The notes: generated by a model from the letters alone, not told the origin. A DNA stretch of 37,240 bases from Vicinamibacteria bacterium (GCA_039812725.1 JBDIBD010000003.1:1-37240), one strand, 5' to 3'. Numbered from the stretch's first letter, positions 8,433 to 19,149 are shown. Program-made: numbers and translations.

Positions 8433-8476
8433 GCGCGCCGCCCCGGGCGGTCATCGTGGCCCTCGAGGGAGTCCCC

Positions 8477-8719
8477 ATGACCACCTGTCTCCAGCTCGTC
8501 AGCGAGCAGTTCCCTTCCCTCCGCGACCGCGTGGCCCGGCGCTTCGAGCGCGACGAGACCTTCCGCGAGCTGTGCCACGACTACGAGTCGTGCGTGGCCG
8601 CCCTGGCGCGCCTGGGAGAGGCCTCCCCCGAGATGAAGCGCGAGTACGCCGCCCTGAAGCTGCGCCTCGAGGCCGAGATGCTGGGCTACCTGCGGGAGCC
8701 CGGCAACTCGGTCCACTAG
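8477..8719 (+). CDS. Small helical hypothetical protein, 80 aa, first gene of the aspA operon
   Basis: SD GAGGGAG, strong codon bias, 16 nt before aspA. Sequence FPSLRDRVARRFERDETFRELCHDYESC. Confidence 0.7.
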   Translation: MTTCLQLVSEQFPSLRDRVARRFERDETFRELCHDYESCVAALARLGEASPEMKREYAALKLRLEAEMLGYLREPGNSVH

Positions 8720-8735
8720 GCCCGAAGGAGACGCC

Positions 8736-10138
<1,403 letters not shown>

Positions 10139-10142
<4 letters not shown>

Positions 10143-10642
10143 GCGTCGCGCGGGTCCTCGCGGCGGGCGGGCTGGCCCTGTCGCTGGCAGGCGGGCTGCC
10201 CGTTCGCGCCGAGGAGCCCTGGCGGCCGATCGAGGGCAGCTGGTCGGCCACGGGGACGCGCCACGCCATCGCCGCCGGCGACGTCTCCGAGGCCGTGGTG
10301 GTGGAGGTCTCCGGGGCCGTCGTGCTGTCGGCCGGCTCCGGCCTGAGCCGGGGCTTCCGCGGCGAGGCCGTGGGCTTCGACGACGGCCAGGGGCTGTGCG
10401 TCGGGCGCGCCGTCTGGACCGACGCGGACGGCGACCGCATCTTCAGCCGGCTGAAGGGCGAGCCCCTGCAGGCCGGCAAGCGCTGGGTGGGCGAGATCAC
10501 CGGCGGCACGGGACGCTACGCCGGCCTCGAGGGCCAGTACTCGCTGGTCTGGCAGTACGTCGTCCCGGGCGAGCAAGGCCGCATCCAGGGCCGCGCCGTC
10601 AGGCTGACCGGGCAGGTGCGCCGGGGAGGGCCGCGGTCGTGA
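10139..10642 (+). CDS. Exported small beta-barrel hypothetical protein (dirigent/allene-oxide-cyclase-like motif), 167 aa
   Basis: GTGA overlaps at both ends and signal peptide ..LPVRA-EE. Motif ITGGTGRYAG. Confidence 0.6.
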
Positions 10643-12054
10643 GCGAGGGCGCCTCTCCCGGCGGGCCCTGGCGGGCCCGCGGCGCCACGCTGGCGCTCCT
10701 GGCGGGCCTCTGGCTGGCCCCCGTGCCCGAGGGCCTGACGCGCCCCGCCTGGCACCTGTTCGCGCTGTTCGTCTCGGCCATCGCGGCGGTGGTGCTGGGG
10801 GCCCTGCCGATCCTGACCTCGTCGGTGCTGGCCCTGGCCGCGGCGGTCCTGAGCGGCACGCTGTCCCCCGCCCAGGCCTACTCGGGCTTCGCCAACGGCA
10901 CGATCCTGCTGATCGTGGTGGCCTTCCTGGTGGCCCGCGCCGTGGTCAAGTGCGGCCTGGGCGAGCGCCTCGGCCACCTGGTGGTGAGCCTCTTCGGGCG
11001 CTCGACGCTGGGGCTCTCCTACAGCGTCTTCCTGGTCGACGGCGTGATCGCGCCGGCCTTCCCGAGCAACACCGCGCGCTCGGGCGTGCTCTACCCGCTG
11101 GTGCTCTCCGTGGCCGAGGCGGCGGGGGCGCGGCCGGGGGCCGAGGGACGCCGCCGGCTGGGGGCCTTCCTGATGTTCTCGGGCATGGCCAGCCTGACGG
11201 TCTCGTCGGCCCTGTGGTTCACCGCCATGGCCGCCAACCCGCTGGGGGCCGAGATCGCCCGCGGCTACGGGCTCGAGATCGGCTTCGGCTCGTGGCTCCT
11301 GGCCTCGTGCGTCCCCACGCTGGCCGCCATGGCCCTGCTGCCGCTGCTGCTCTACAAGCTCCTCGCGCCCGAGGTCACCTCCACTCCGGAAGCTCCGCGC
11401 GCCGCCCGCGAGGCCCTGCAGGCGCTCGGCCCGCTCAAGGCCCACGAGAAGGTCGTGGCGGCCACCTTCGTGGGCATGGTGGCGCTGTGGGCCTCGGCCG
11501 CCAGCCTCGGGCTCGACTCCACGGCCGTGGCCTTTCTGGGCCTGGGCGTGCTGCTGGCCACCGGCGTGCTGACCCTGGGCGACATCGCCAAGGAAGGCGA
11601 CGTGCTGGCCACCTTCATCTGGTTCGCCGTGCTCTTCACCTTGAGCGGCCAGCTCAACTCGCTGGGCTTCATGGGCTACGTGGGCGAGCGCCTGGCTGGC
11701 GCCCTGGGGGGCTTCTCGGCCGGGGCGGCCGGCCTGCTGCTGGTGGTGGCCTACGTCCTGCTGCACTACCTGTTCGTCAGCCAGACGGCCCACCTGCTGG
11801 CCCTCTTCGGCGTCTTTCTGGACGTGGGCGTGAAGCTGGGCGTGCCGGTGGCGCCCTTCGCCTACCTGCTGCTGTTCGCCACGAACTTCTTCTCGGCCAA
11901 CACGCCGCAGGGCTCGAGCGCCAACCTGCTCTTCGCGGGCAGCGGCTTCCTCTCGCAGGGCGAGCTGTACCGGCTGGGCGCCCTGACCACCGCCGTCAAC
12001 CTCGCCGTCTTCGTGGTCGTGGGGATCCCCTGGCTGCTGCTGGTGACGCGGTGA
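10639..12054 (+). CDS. DASS family anion/dicarboxylate transporter (CitT/TtdT-like), 471 aa
   Basis: PVPEGL...AWHLFALF, PAFPSNTARSG and TAMAANPL, with multiple TM segments. GTGA overlap. Confidence 0.88.
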   Translation: MSEGASPGGPWRARGATLALLAGLWLAPVPEGLTRPAWHLFALFVSAIAAVVLGALPILTSSVLALAAAVLSGTLSPAQAYSGFANGTILLIVVAFLVARAVVKCGLGERLGHLVVSLFGRSTLGLSYSVFLVDGVIAPAFPSNTARSGVLYPLVLSVAEAAGARPGAEGRRRLGAFLMFSGMASLTVSSALWFTAMAANPLGAEIARGYGLEIGFGSWLLASCVPTLAAMALLPLLLYKLLAPEVTSTPEAPRAAREALQALGPLKAHEKVVAATFVGMVALWASAASLGLDSTAVAFLGLGVLLATGVLTLGDIAKEGDVLATFIWFAVLFTLSGQLNSLGFMGYVGERLAGALGGFSAGAAGLLLVVAYVLLHYLFVSQTAHLLALFGVFLDVGVKLGVPVAPFAYLLLFATNFFSANTPQGSSANLLFAGSGFLSQGELYRLGALTTAVNLAVFVVVGIPWLLLVTR

Positions 12055-12082
12055 GGGCCCCGTTCCTGAAGGAGGTCTCGTC

Positions 12083-13147
12083 ATGACGCGTCTGTCCCGT
12101 ATCGCCTGGGTGGCGGTCGTCGCCGCCTTGCTGGCCGTCCCTGCCCTGGCCGCCGAGAAAGCCCCGAACGTCGTCGTTCTCGCCACGGGCGGCACCATCG
12201 CCGGCGCCGCCGCCAGCGACGTGCAGGCCGGCTACACCTCGGGCCAGGTCGGCGTCGAGCAGCTCCTGGCCGCCGTGCCGCAGGCCAGGAAGCTGGCCAA
12301 CCTGCGCGGCGAGCAGATCTCGAACATCGGCTCGCAGGACATGAACGACGAGGTCTGGCTCAAGCTGGCGCGCCGCATCAACGAGCTGCTGGCCCAGCCC
12401 GACGTGGACGGCATCGTCATCACCCACGGTACCGACACCATCGAGGAGACGGGCTACTTCCTGAACCTGGTGGTCAAGTCGAGAAAGCCGGTGGTGCTGA
12501 CGGCCGCCATGCGGCCCTCCACCGCCCTCTCGGCCGACGGCCCGCTCAACTTCTTCAACGCCGTGGCCGTGGCGGCCCACAAGGACGCGGCCGGGCGCGG
12601 CGTGCTGGTGGTGGTCAACGACTGGATCCACGGCGCCTCGTCGCTCACCAAGACCAGCACCACGGCCGTCCAGACCTTCCTGTCGCCGCTGCGCGGCCTG
12701 ATGGGCGTGGTGGCCTACGGCGAGGTCGAGTTCTACCGCGGCCCGGTCGGGCGCAACACGCTGGACAGCGAGTTCTCGCTCGACGGCGTGACGGCCCTGC
12801 CGCGCGTGGACATCGTGATGGCCCACGCCAACATGGACGGCAAGCTGATCGAGGCCGCCGTGGCCGCGGGGGCCAAGGGGGTGGTGATCGCGGGCGTCGG
12901 AAATGGCAATATGACCCAGGGGGGCCTGGACGCCCTGGCGGCCCAGGCGAAGAAGGGGGTGGTCTGCGTGCGCTCGACGCGCGTGGCCACGGGCCGGGTG
13001 GGCCGCAACGTCGAGGTCGACGACGACAAGCTCGGCCTGATCGCGTCCGACGACCTCAACCCGCAGAAGGCCCGCGTGCTGCTGCGGCTGGCGCTGCTCA
13101 AGCCGCGCACGCCGGCCGAGCTGCAGCGCCTGTTCGTCGAGTACTAG
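12083..13147 (+). CDS. ansB: Type II (periplasmic) L-asparaginase
   Basis: ATGGTIAG, NIGSQDM, HGTDT, AMRPST, GVGNGN and LNPQKAR. Sec signal ..AVPALA-AE. SD AAGGAGG. Confidence 0.92.
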   Translation: MTRLSRIAWVAVVAALLAVPALAAEKAPNVVVLATGGTIAGAAASDVQAGYTSGQVGVEQLLAAVPQARKLANLRGEQISNIGSQDMNDEVWLKLARRINELLAQPDVDGIVITHGTDTIEETGYFLNLVVKSRKPVVLTAAMRPSTALSADGPLNFFNAVAVAAHKDAAGRGVLVVVNDWIHGASSLTKTSTTAVQTFLSPLRGLMGVVAYGEVEFYRGPVGRNTLDSEFSLDGVTALPRVDIVMAHANMDGKLIEAAVAAGAKGVVIAGVGNGNMTQGGLDALAAQAKKGVVCVRSTRVATGRVGRNVEVDDDKLGLIASDDLNPQKARVLLRLALLKPRTPAELQRLFVEY

Positions 13148-13182
13148 CCGGTACCCGGCCCGCGAGGCCAGGAGGGAGATCG

Positions 13183-14715
13183 ATGCGAGCGCGAGTGGCC
13201 GCACCCAGCACGACCACGGGACCCGCCGGGGGCCTCGCCGCCGCCCTGGCGCTGCTTCTGGCCGCGGCGCCCTCCCTCCTGGCCCAGGGGGCCGCCACCA
13301 TCGCCTGCTCGTCGAAGGCCGGCGAGCGCCAGCAGTGCCCCGCGGACACGTCCCGGGGGGTGGTGCTGGCCCGCTCGACCGGCGAGGCGCCCTGCCTGCT
13401 GGGCAAGACCTGGGGCTACGACGACCAGGGCGTGTGGGTCTCCGACGGCTGCAGCGCCGAGTTCCTGGTGCGCCGCTCCCCGGAGACCGAGGCGGAGCCG
13501 CAGGCCCCGCCCAGGAAGGAGGCGCCCTTCTACGTCCCCAACGCGGGCTTCAAGATCTTCGACGGCGACAAGGGCCAGATGTACGTGCGGCTCTTCAGCT
13601 ACGCGCGCTACCTCAACCAGAAGGGCCTCGACGAGACCTACACCGACGCCTTCGGCCGCACCCAGACGGTCAAGCTGCGCGAGGACGTCCAGCTCAACAA
13701 GTTCTTCCTGCCCTTCTCGGGCTGGTTCCTGACCCCCAAGCTGCGCTACTACCTCTACGTCTGGTCCTCCAACCCCTCCCAGGGCGACCCGGCCCAGGTG
13801 GTCGGGGCGGGCAACCTGAGCTACGTCTTCGACCGGCACGTGACCCTGGGCGCCGGCATCACCAGCCTGCCGAGCGTGCGCAGCACCGAGGGACAGTTCC
13901 CCTACTGGCTGGGGATCGACGACCGCCTGACCTCCGACGAGTTCTTCCGCGGCTCCTACACCACCGGCGTCTGGCTCAAGGGCGAGCTGTCCACCAAGGT
14001 CAAGTACATGGCCATGCTGGCCAACAACCTGAGCACGCTGGGCGTGAGCGCCTCCCAGATCGACAACACCCTCGACACCACCTCGCTCATGCTGCAGTGG
14101 CTGCCCAGCACCGGCGAGTTCGGCCTCTACGGCACCTTCGGCGACTACGACTGGCACGAGAAGCTGGCCACGCGCCTGGCCGGCCACTACACCCAGAGCA
14201 CGGAGGACAAGCAGAGCCAGCCGGGCACCAACGGCATCGAGAACAGCCAGATCCGGCTGACGGACGGCAGCGTCATCTTCACCCCCGAGCTGTTCGGGAA
14301 GGGCGTCACCGTCGAGCGCGTGAAGTACCGCATGGCCAGCGTCGACGGCGGCCTCAAGTACAAGGGGCTGTCGCTCGAGGCGGAGTACTACTGGCGCTGG
14401 CTGAGCGACTACGAGGGCCCCGGCACGGCCGGGCTGGCCGACATCGACGACCACGGCTTCCAGGTGCAGTCCTCGGCCATGCTGGTGCCCAAGACCCTGC
14501 AGGTCTACCTGAGCGGGGCGGGCATCTACGGCCGGTACGGGGACAGCTCCGAGGTCCGTGCCGGCGCCAACTGGTACCCCGCCCGGGAGCGGGGCTTCCG
14601 CGTCAACGGCGAGTGGCTCCACCTGAACAAGTGCCCGGTCGGCTACACGGCCGTCCCCTACCCCGTGGGCGGGAACGGCGACGTCTTCCACGTCAACCTC
14701 GAGATGAACTTCTGA
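13183..14715 (+). CDS. Outer-membrane porin-like protein with an N-terminal Cys-rich DUF3011-like domain
   Basis: Signal peptide and a 4-Cys module (IACSS..ERQQCPADTSRGV.L.....PC..GKTWGYD..GVWVSDGCSAEF). Aromatic-rich amphipathic strands ending LEMNF. Confidence 0.65.
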   Translation: MRARVAAPSTTTGPAGGLAAALALLLAAAPSLLAQGAATIACSSKAGERQQCPADTSRGVVLARSTGEAPCLLGKTWGYDDQGVWVSDGCSAEFLVRRSPETEAEPQAPPRKEAPFYVPNAGFKIFDGDKGQMYVRLFSYARYLNQKGLDETYTDAFGRTQTVKLREDVQLNKFFLPFSGWFLTPKLRYYLYVWSSNPSQGDPAQVVGAGNLSYVFDRHVTLGAGITSLPSVRSTEGQFPYWLGIDDRLTSDEFFRGSYTTGVWLKGELSTKVKYMAMLANNLSTLGVSASQIDNTLDTTSLMLQWLPSTGEFGLYGTFGDYDWHEKLATRLAGHYTQSTEDKQSQPGTNGIENSQIRLTDGSVIFTPELFGKGVTVERVKYRMASVDGGLKYKGLSLEAEYYWRWLSDYEGPGTAGLADIDDHGFQVQSSAMLVPKTLQVYLSGAGIYGRYGDSSEVRAGANWYPARERGFRVNGEWLHLNKCPVGYTAVPYPVGGNGDVFHVNLEMNF

Positions 14716-14729
14716 GCGAGGGACGAGCG

Positions 14730-15824
14730 ATGCGCGAGACATGCACGACGCGACGCCGCCTCCCGGCCCTGGCCGGGCTGGTGGCGGCGCTGGCGGCGCC
14801 GGCCCTCGTGGCCGCGCAGGCCGCGGGCCCGGGGGCCTCTACCTACCTGGTCCACGACGCCCACTTCCACCTGACCAACTACGTCCAGCAGGGGACCGAC
14901 GTCCGCGAGTTCCTGAAGATCATGGGGACCAAGGTCGGGCGCTCGACCCTCTTCGGCATCCCCCTGCAGCAGACCTGGTCCTACGGCAACACGGGCGACT
15001 TCGCCCCGACCTACTACCTGCAGACCGACGCGCCGCTCTACTACTACTCGTTCACCGACGCCTCCATCGCGATGGCCTACAAGTCGCTGACGAAGGAGGA
15101 GCAGGCGCGCCTCGACCCGATGATCACGGGCTTCAACCCGGCCGACATGTACGCGGTCGACCACATCCAGCGCGTGCTGCGGACCTTCCCGGGCGTCTTC
15201 TCGGGCATCGGCGAGTTCACCATCCACAAGGAGTTCGTCTCGGCCAAGATCGCCGGCGAGACCGCCAGCCTCACCAACCCGGCCCTCGACCGCATCCTCG
15301 ACTTCGCGGGCGAAGCGGGGCTGGTGGTGATCCTCCACAACGACGTCGACACGCCCTTCCCGAAGCCGGGCCAGGATCCCTACCAGGTGGTGCAGCTGGC
15401 GCAGCTCCTGCGACGCCACCCACAGGCCACGGTCGTCTGGGCCCACTGTGGGCTGGGCCGGATCGTGCGTCCGGTGGCGGACCAGGTCGGCATGGTCGCG
15501 CGCGCCCTGGCCGACCCGAGCCTGTCGCACGTGTACTTCGACATCTCGTGGGACGAGACCGCCAAGTACCTGGTGGCCACGCCCGAGACGGTGCAGCAGG
15601 CGGCCGACCTGATCAACCGCTACCCCGACCGGTTCCTGTTCGGGACCGACGAGGTCGCGCCGAAGGACCAGGCCGGCTACCTGAAGGTCTACGACCTCTA
15701 CGCGCCGCTGTTCGCCAGGCTGACACCGGAGGCCAGCCACAAGCTGCGGCTGGGCAACTACGAGCGACTCTTCGACCAGGCCCGGCTTCGGGTCCGTGCC
15801 TGGGAACGGGCCAACCCGAAGTGA
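14730..15824 (+). CDS. Exported amidohydrolase (TIM-barrel metallohydrolase, Amidohydro_2-like), 364 aa
   Basis: Metal motifs HDAHFH, GIGEF, LHND, WAHCG and FLFGTD. Leader MRETCTTRRRLPALAGLVAALAAPALVAAQA. Confidence 0.8.
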   Translation: MRETCTTRRRLPALAGLVAALAAPALVAAQAAGPGASTYLVHDAHFHLTNYVQQGTDVREFLKIMGTKVGRSTLFGIPLQQTWSYGNTGDFAPTYYLQTDAPLYYYSFTDASIAMAYKSLTKEEQARLDPMITGFNPADMYAVDHIQRVLRTFPGVFSGIGEFTIHKEFVSAKIAGETASLTNPALDRILDFAGEAGLVVILHNDVDTPFPKPGQDPYQVVQLAQLLRRHPQATVVWAHCGLGRIVRPVADQVGMVARALADPSLSHVYFDISWDETAKYLVATPETVQQAADLINRYPDRFLFGTDEVAPKDQAGYLKVYDLYAPLFARLTPEASHKLRLGNYERLFDQARLRVRAWERANPK

Positions 15825-15838
15825 CCCAGGAGGGAATC

Positions 15839-17113
15839 GTGGACAAGAGACGGACGGCAGGACTGCTGGCGGCCCTCGCCTTCGCGGCGGCCGCAGGGGC
15901 GTCGCCGGCGCTGGCAGACGAGGCCCAGGCGGCGCCCGCGCCGGCGCCGGCCCCGAGCCCGGCCGCCGAGCCCGCCCAGGGCGAGGCCAAGCCGCGCCTC
16001 GACGTCTACGGCTTCGCCATGCTCGACATGGGCTACCAGTCGAAGCAGAACGACCCCAACTGGTTCGACGTGCTGCGGCCCACCAAGCTGCCGGCCTACG
16101 AGAACCAGTTCGGCGAGGACGGGCGCTTCTTCGCCGGGGTGCGCCAGAGCCGGCTGGGGGTCAAGGGCTTCATCCCCACCGGCGCCGGCGAGGTCAAGAC
16201 CATCTTCGAGTTCGAGCTGTTCGGCACCGGCGTGGACGCGGGCCAGACCACCTTCCGCCTGCGCCACGCCTGGGGCGAGCTGGGCAAGGTCGGGGCGGGG
16301 CAGACCTGGAGCCCGTTCATGGACATCGACGTCTTCCCCAACTCGGTCGAGTACTGGGGACCGAACGGCATGGTCTTCTTCCGCAACGTGCAGCTGCGCT
16401 TCACCCCCTGGTCGAAGGGCGACTCGCGGCTGGCCATCGCCCTCGAGCGTCCCGGCGCCAGCGCCGACCAGGGCGTCTACGCCGGCCGCATCGAGCTCGA
16501 GGGCGTGACGGGCCGCTTCCCGCTGCCCGACCTGTCGGCCCACTTCCGCAAGGCCGGCGGCTGGGGCCACCTGCAGCTCTCCGGCATCGTGCGCAAGATG
16601 AAGTGGGACGACACCAACGGCGACCGCTTCGACCTGAGCGGCGAGGCCACGGGCTGGGGCCTGCACGCCAGCTCGAACGTCAAGCTGGGCAGGCACGTGG
16701 CGCGCATGTCGGTGGTCTACGGCGAGGGCATCCAGAACTACATGAACGACGCCCCGGTGGACGTCGGCGTCCAGAACAACTTCTCGAACCCGGTCACGCC
16801 GGTGGTGGGCAAGGCCCTGCCGCTGCTGGGCGTGGTGGCCTTCCTCGACCTCAACTGGAACGCCAAGTGGACCAGCACGGTGGGCTACTCCTACCTGGAC
16901 ATCGACAACAGCGACGGGCAGGCCGCCGACGCCTTCAAGACGGGCCAGTACGCGCTGGCCAACGTGCTCTACTATCCCGCCCCCAACGTGTTCCTCGGAC
17001 CGGAGATCCAGTGGGGCAAGCGCGAGAACTACCGCGACGGCTTCACCTCGGACGACTTCCGCATCCAGTTCTCGGCCAAGTACAACTTCAAGCTCTCCCT
17101 GGGAGGCAAGTGA
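15839..17113 (+). CDS. DcaP-family outer-membrane porin, 424 aa
   Basis: SD AGGAGG before GTG and signal peptide ..SPALA-DE. Motifs VRQSRLG, FRLRHAWG, GQTWSPFMD and RIQFSAKYNF. Confidence 0.75.
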   Translation: MDKRRTAGLLAALAFAAAAGASPALADEAQAAPAPAPAPSPAAEPAQGEAKPRLDVYGFAMLDMGYQSKQNDPNWFDVLRPTKLPAYENQFGEDGRFFAGVRQSRLGVKGFIPTGAGEVKTIFEFELFGTGVDAGQTTFRLRHAWGELGKVGAGQTWSPFMDIDVFPNSVEYWGPNGMVFFRNVQLRFTPWSKGDSRLAIALERPGASADQGVYAGRIELEGVTGRFPLPDLSAHFRKAGGWGHLQLSGIVRKMKWDDTNGDRFDLSGEATGWGLHASSNVKLGRHVARMSVVYGEGIQNYMNDAPVDVGVQNNFSNPVTPVVGKALPLLGVVAFLDLNWNAKWTSTVGYSYLDIDNSDGQAADAFKTGQYALANVLYYPAPNVFLGPEIQWGKRENYRDGFTSDDFRIQFSAKYNFKLSLGGK

Positions 17114-18141
17114 TGAACCGTTCGAAGACGGCGCGGCTCCTGGCCGCGGCGCTGGCCGTGCTCGCCCTCGCGGCGCCGCTGGCCCCGGCCCAGACGCCGG
17201 CGGAGATCCAGTCGGCCCTCGACGCCGCCTACGCCAAGTACAAGGGGCTGCAGGAGGGCAAGAACGCCGACTACATCCCGGCCCTGGCCAAGGTCGACCC
17301 GAACATCTACGGCATCGCCCTGGTGACGGCCGACGGCAAGGTCTACACCGCCGGGGACGTCAAGTCCGAGGTCTCGATCCAGTCGATCTCGAAGGTCTTC
17401 ACCATGGCCAAGGTCATCGAGGAATCGGGCCCCGACGCCATCGAGAAGACCATCGGCGTGGACGCCACCGGCATGCGCTTCAACTCGATCGTGGCGGTGG
17501 AGCTCGCCCAGAAGGCCCTGGGCGGCCCCGAGATCAACCCGCTGGTCAACCCGGGCGCGATCACGGCCACGAGCATGGTCAAGGGCGCCACCCGCGACGA
17601 GATCTGGAAGAGCCTCCTGGGCTTCTACTCCGAGTTCGCCGGCCGGCCGCTGTCGGTCAACCAGGAGGTCTTCAAGTCCGAGAGCGACACCAACCAGCGC
17701 AACCAGGCCATCGGCTACCTGATGTACGCCTACGAGTTCATCAAGTCCGAGCCGCTGCGGGCCACGGACATCTACACCGAGCAGTGCTCCGTGAACGTCA
17801 ACGCCAGGGACCTGGCCGTCATGGCCGGCACGCTGGCCAACGGCGGCAAGAACCCCGTCACCGGCAAGCAGGTCATGCAGGCCGCGCACGTCCCCAACGT
17901 GCTGGCCGTGATGGCCACCGCCGGGCTCTACGACGACTCGGGCAAGTGGCTGTACCATACCGGGTTGCCCGGCAAGAGCGGCGTGGGCGGCGGCCTCATC
18001 GCGGTCTCGCCCGGGAAGTTCGGGATCGCCGTGGTCTCGCCCCCGCTCGACGAGGCCGGCAACTCCGTGCGGGCCCAGAAGGCCATCGCGGACGTCTCGA
18101 ACGCGCTCGGCGGCAACCCGCTGGCCCCGAAGGCGCGCTAG
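17113..18141 (+). CDS. glsA: Glutaminase A (serine beta-lactamase fold) with a signal peptide, 342 aa
   Basis: GKNADYIPALA, catalytic SIQSISK, NPLVNPGAI, GLYDDSG and PGKSGVGGG. TGATG overlap. Leader MNRSKTARLLAAALAVLALAAPLAPA-QT. Confidence 0.92.
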   Translation: MNRSKTARLLAAALAVLALAAPLAPAQTPAEIQSALDAAYAKYKGLQEGKNADYIPALAKVDPNIYGIALVTADGKVYTAGDVKSEVSIQSISKVFTMAKVIEESGPDAIEKTIGVDATGMRFNSIVAVELAQKALGGPEINPLVNPGAITATSMVKGATRDEIWKSLLGFYSEFAGRPLSVNQEVFKSESDTNQRNQAIGYLMYAYEFIKSEPLRATDIYTEQCSVNVNARDLAVMAGTLANGGKNPVTGKQVMQAAHVPNVLAVMATAGLYDDSGKWLYHTGLPGKSGVGGGLIAVSPGKFGIAVVSPPLDEAGNSVRAQKAIADVSNALGGNPLAPKAR

Positions 18142-18236
18142 GAAGGGCGATCTCTCGATCGTTCGCAGCAGCAACGCAGGTCCGCCCGGGACGCAAGGGG
18201 GGCACCCCACGGGCAACAGACAAGGAGAATGACCAA

Positions 18237-18902
18237 GTGATTCGCAAACTGACGTGGATGGCGGCGGTGGGCGTCCTGGCGGCCGGGGTGGCGAGCGCCC
18301 AGCAGCCCCGGGTGGAGGTCGGCGCGACGGTGGGCTACACCTCCAGCGACGGCGTGACGGGCGGACCCGTGCTGATCCCCGGCTTCGGCACCTTCGACGA
18401 GGCCAGCCCGAAGGACTCGATGTCCTGGGGCCTGCGGCTGGGCTTCATGGTCAACGACAACGTCGAGGTGGGAGCGCTCTTCAACCAGCAGAAGAGCACG
18501 ATGGAGATCAAGGGCACGTCCACGGCGGAGATCGGCGACCAGAGCGTCAACAACTACCACGGCTACGTGGCCTACAACTTCGGCGACGCCGACTCGGCGG
18601 TCCGCCCCTACTTCCTGGGCGGGCTGGGCGCGACCGACTACGGCTCGATCTCGGCCAAGCTCGGCAACCTGAGCCGCCAGATCGACGGCGGCACGCAGTT
18701 CTCCACCACCTGGGCCCTGGGCGTCAAGATCAACGCCGGCAAGAACCTCGGCCTGCGCCTGGAGGGCCGCTGGACCCCGACCTACATCAAGTCCGACGCC
18801 GAGGGCTGGTGGTGCGACCCCTACTGGGGCTGCTACGTGGTGGGCGACGCCCAGTACGCCAACCAGTTCGAGGTCTCGGGCGGGCTGCACTTCCGCTTCT
18901 AG
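18237..18902 (+). CDS. Outer-membrane beta-barrel protein (OMP_b-brl-like), 221 aa
   Basis: SD AAGGAG before GTG and signal peptide ..GVASA-QQ. Contains RPYFLGGLG and ends HFRF. Resembles 2837-3427. Confidence 0.75.
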   Translation: MIRKLTWMAAVGVLAAGVASAQQPRVEVGATVGYTSSDGVTGGPVLIPGFGTFDEASPKDSMSWGLRLGFMVNDNVEVGALFNQQKSTMEIKGTSTAEIGDQSVNNYHGYVAYNFGDADSAVRPYFLGGLGATDYGSISAKLGNLSRQIDGGTQFSTTWALGVKINAGKNLGLRLEGRWTPTYIKSDAEGWWCDPYWGCYVVGDAQYANQFEVSGGLHFRF

Positions 18903-18926
18903 CCGGTCCCGGGCGAGACCCGGCCC

Positions 18927-19114
18927 CCGTCATCCTGAAGCGACAACATCGAGATCTCCGTCATCCTGAGCGACAACGTCGAGCCCGGAGCGAAGGATCT
19001 CTCGGGTCGTACGGCCCGAGAGATCCTTCGTCGCCGGCGGGACGGCTGCTCCTCAGGATGACGACGGGCCCTCGCCTCGCGGACCGCGTCGTGCGGTGCC
19101 TGCTCGGGATGACG
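18927..19114. repeat. CGTC-type REP-like element with duplicated termini
   Basis: Core at 18959-19063 (CGTCATCCTGAG..CTCAGGATGACG) with a near-perfect 40-bp palindrome at 18991-19030. Extra left end at 18927-18957 and extra degenerate right end CTCGGGATGACG at 19103-19114. Confidence 0.85.
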
Positions 19115-19149
19115 TTCCTTCGAAGACGCGCACCCCACCCCAGGACCTC

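Noticed and set aside
13335-18141. Apparent large fusion ORFs in the track (13335-15824, 14741-17113, 15796-18141; likewise 1709-3427, 5456-7426, 8927-10642, 27739-29961)
   Set aside because: Their N-terminal parts are off-frame read-through of the upstream gene. The real starts are the internal codons with SD or stop/start overlap followed by signal peptides or family N-termini.
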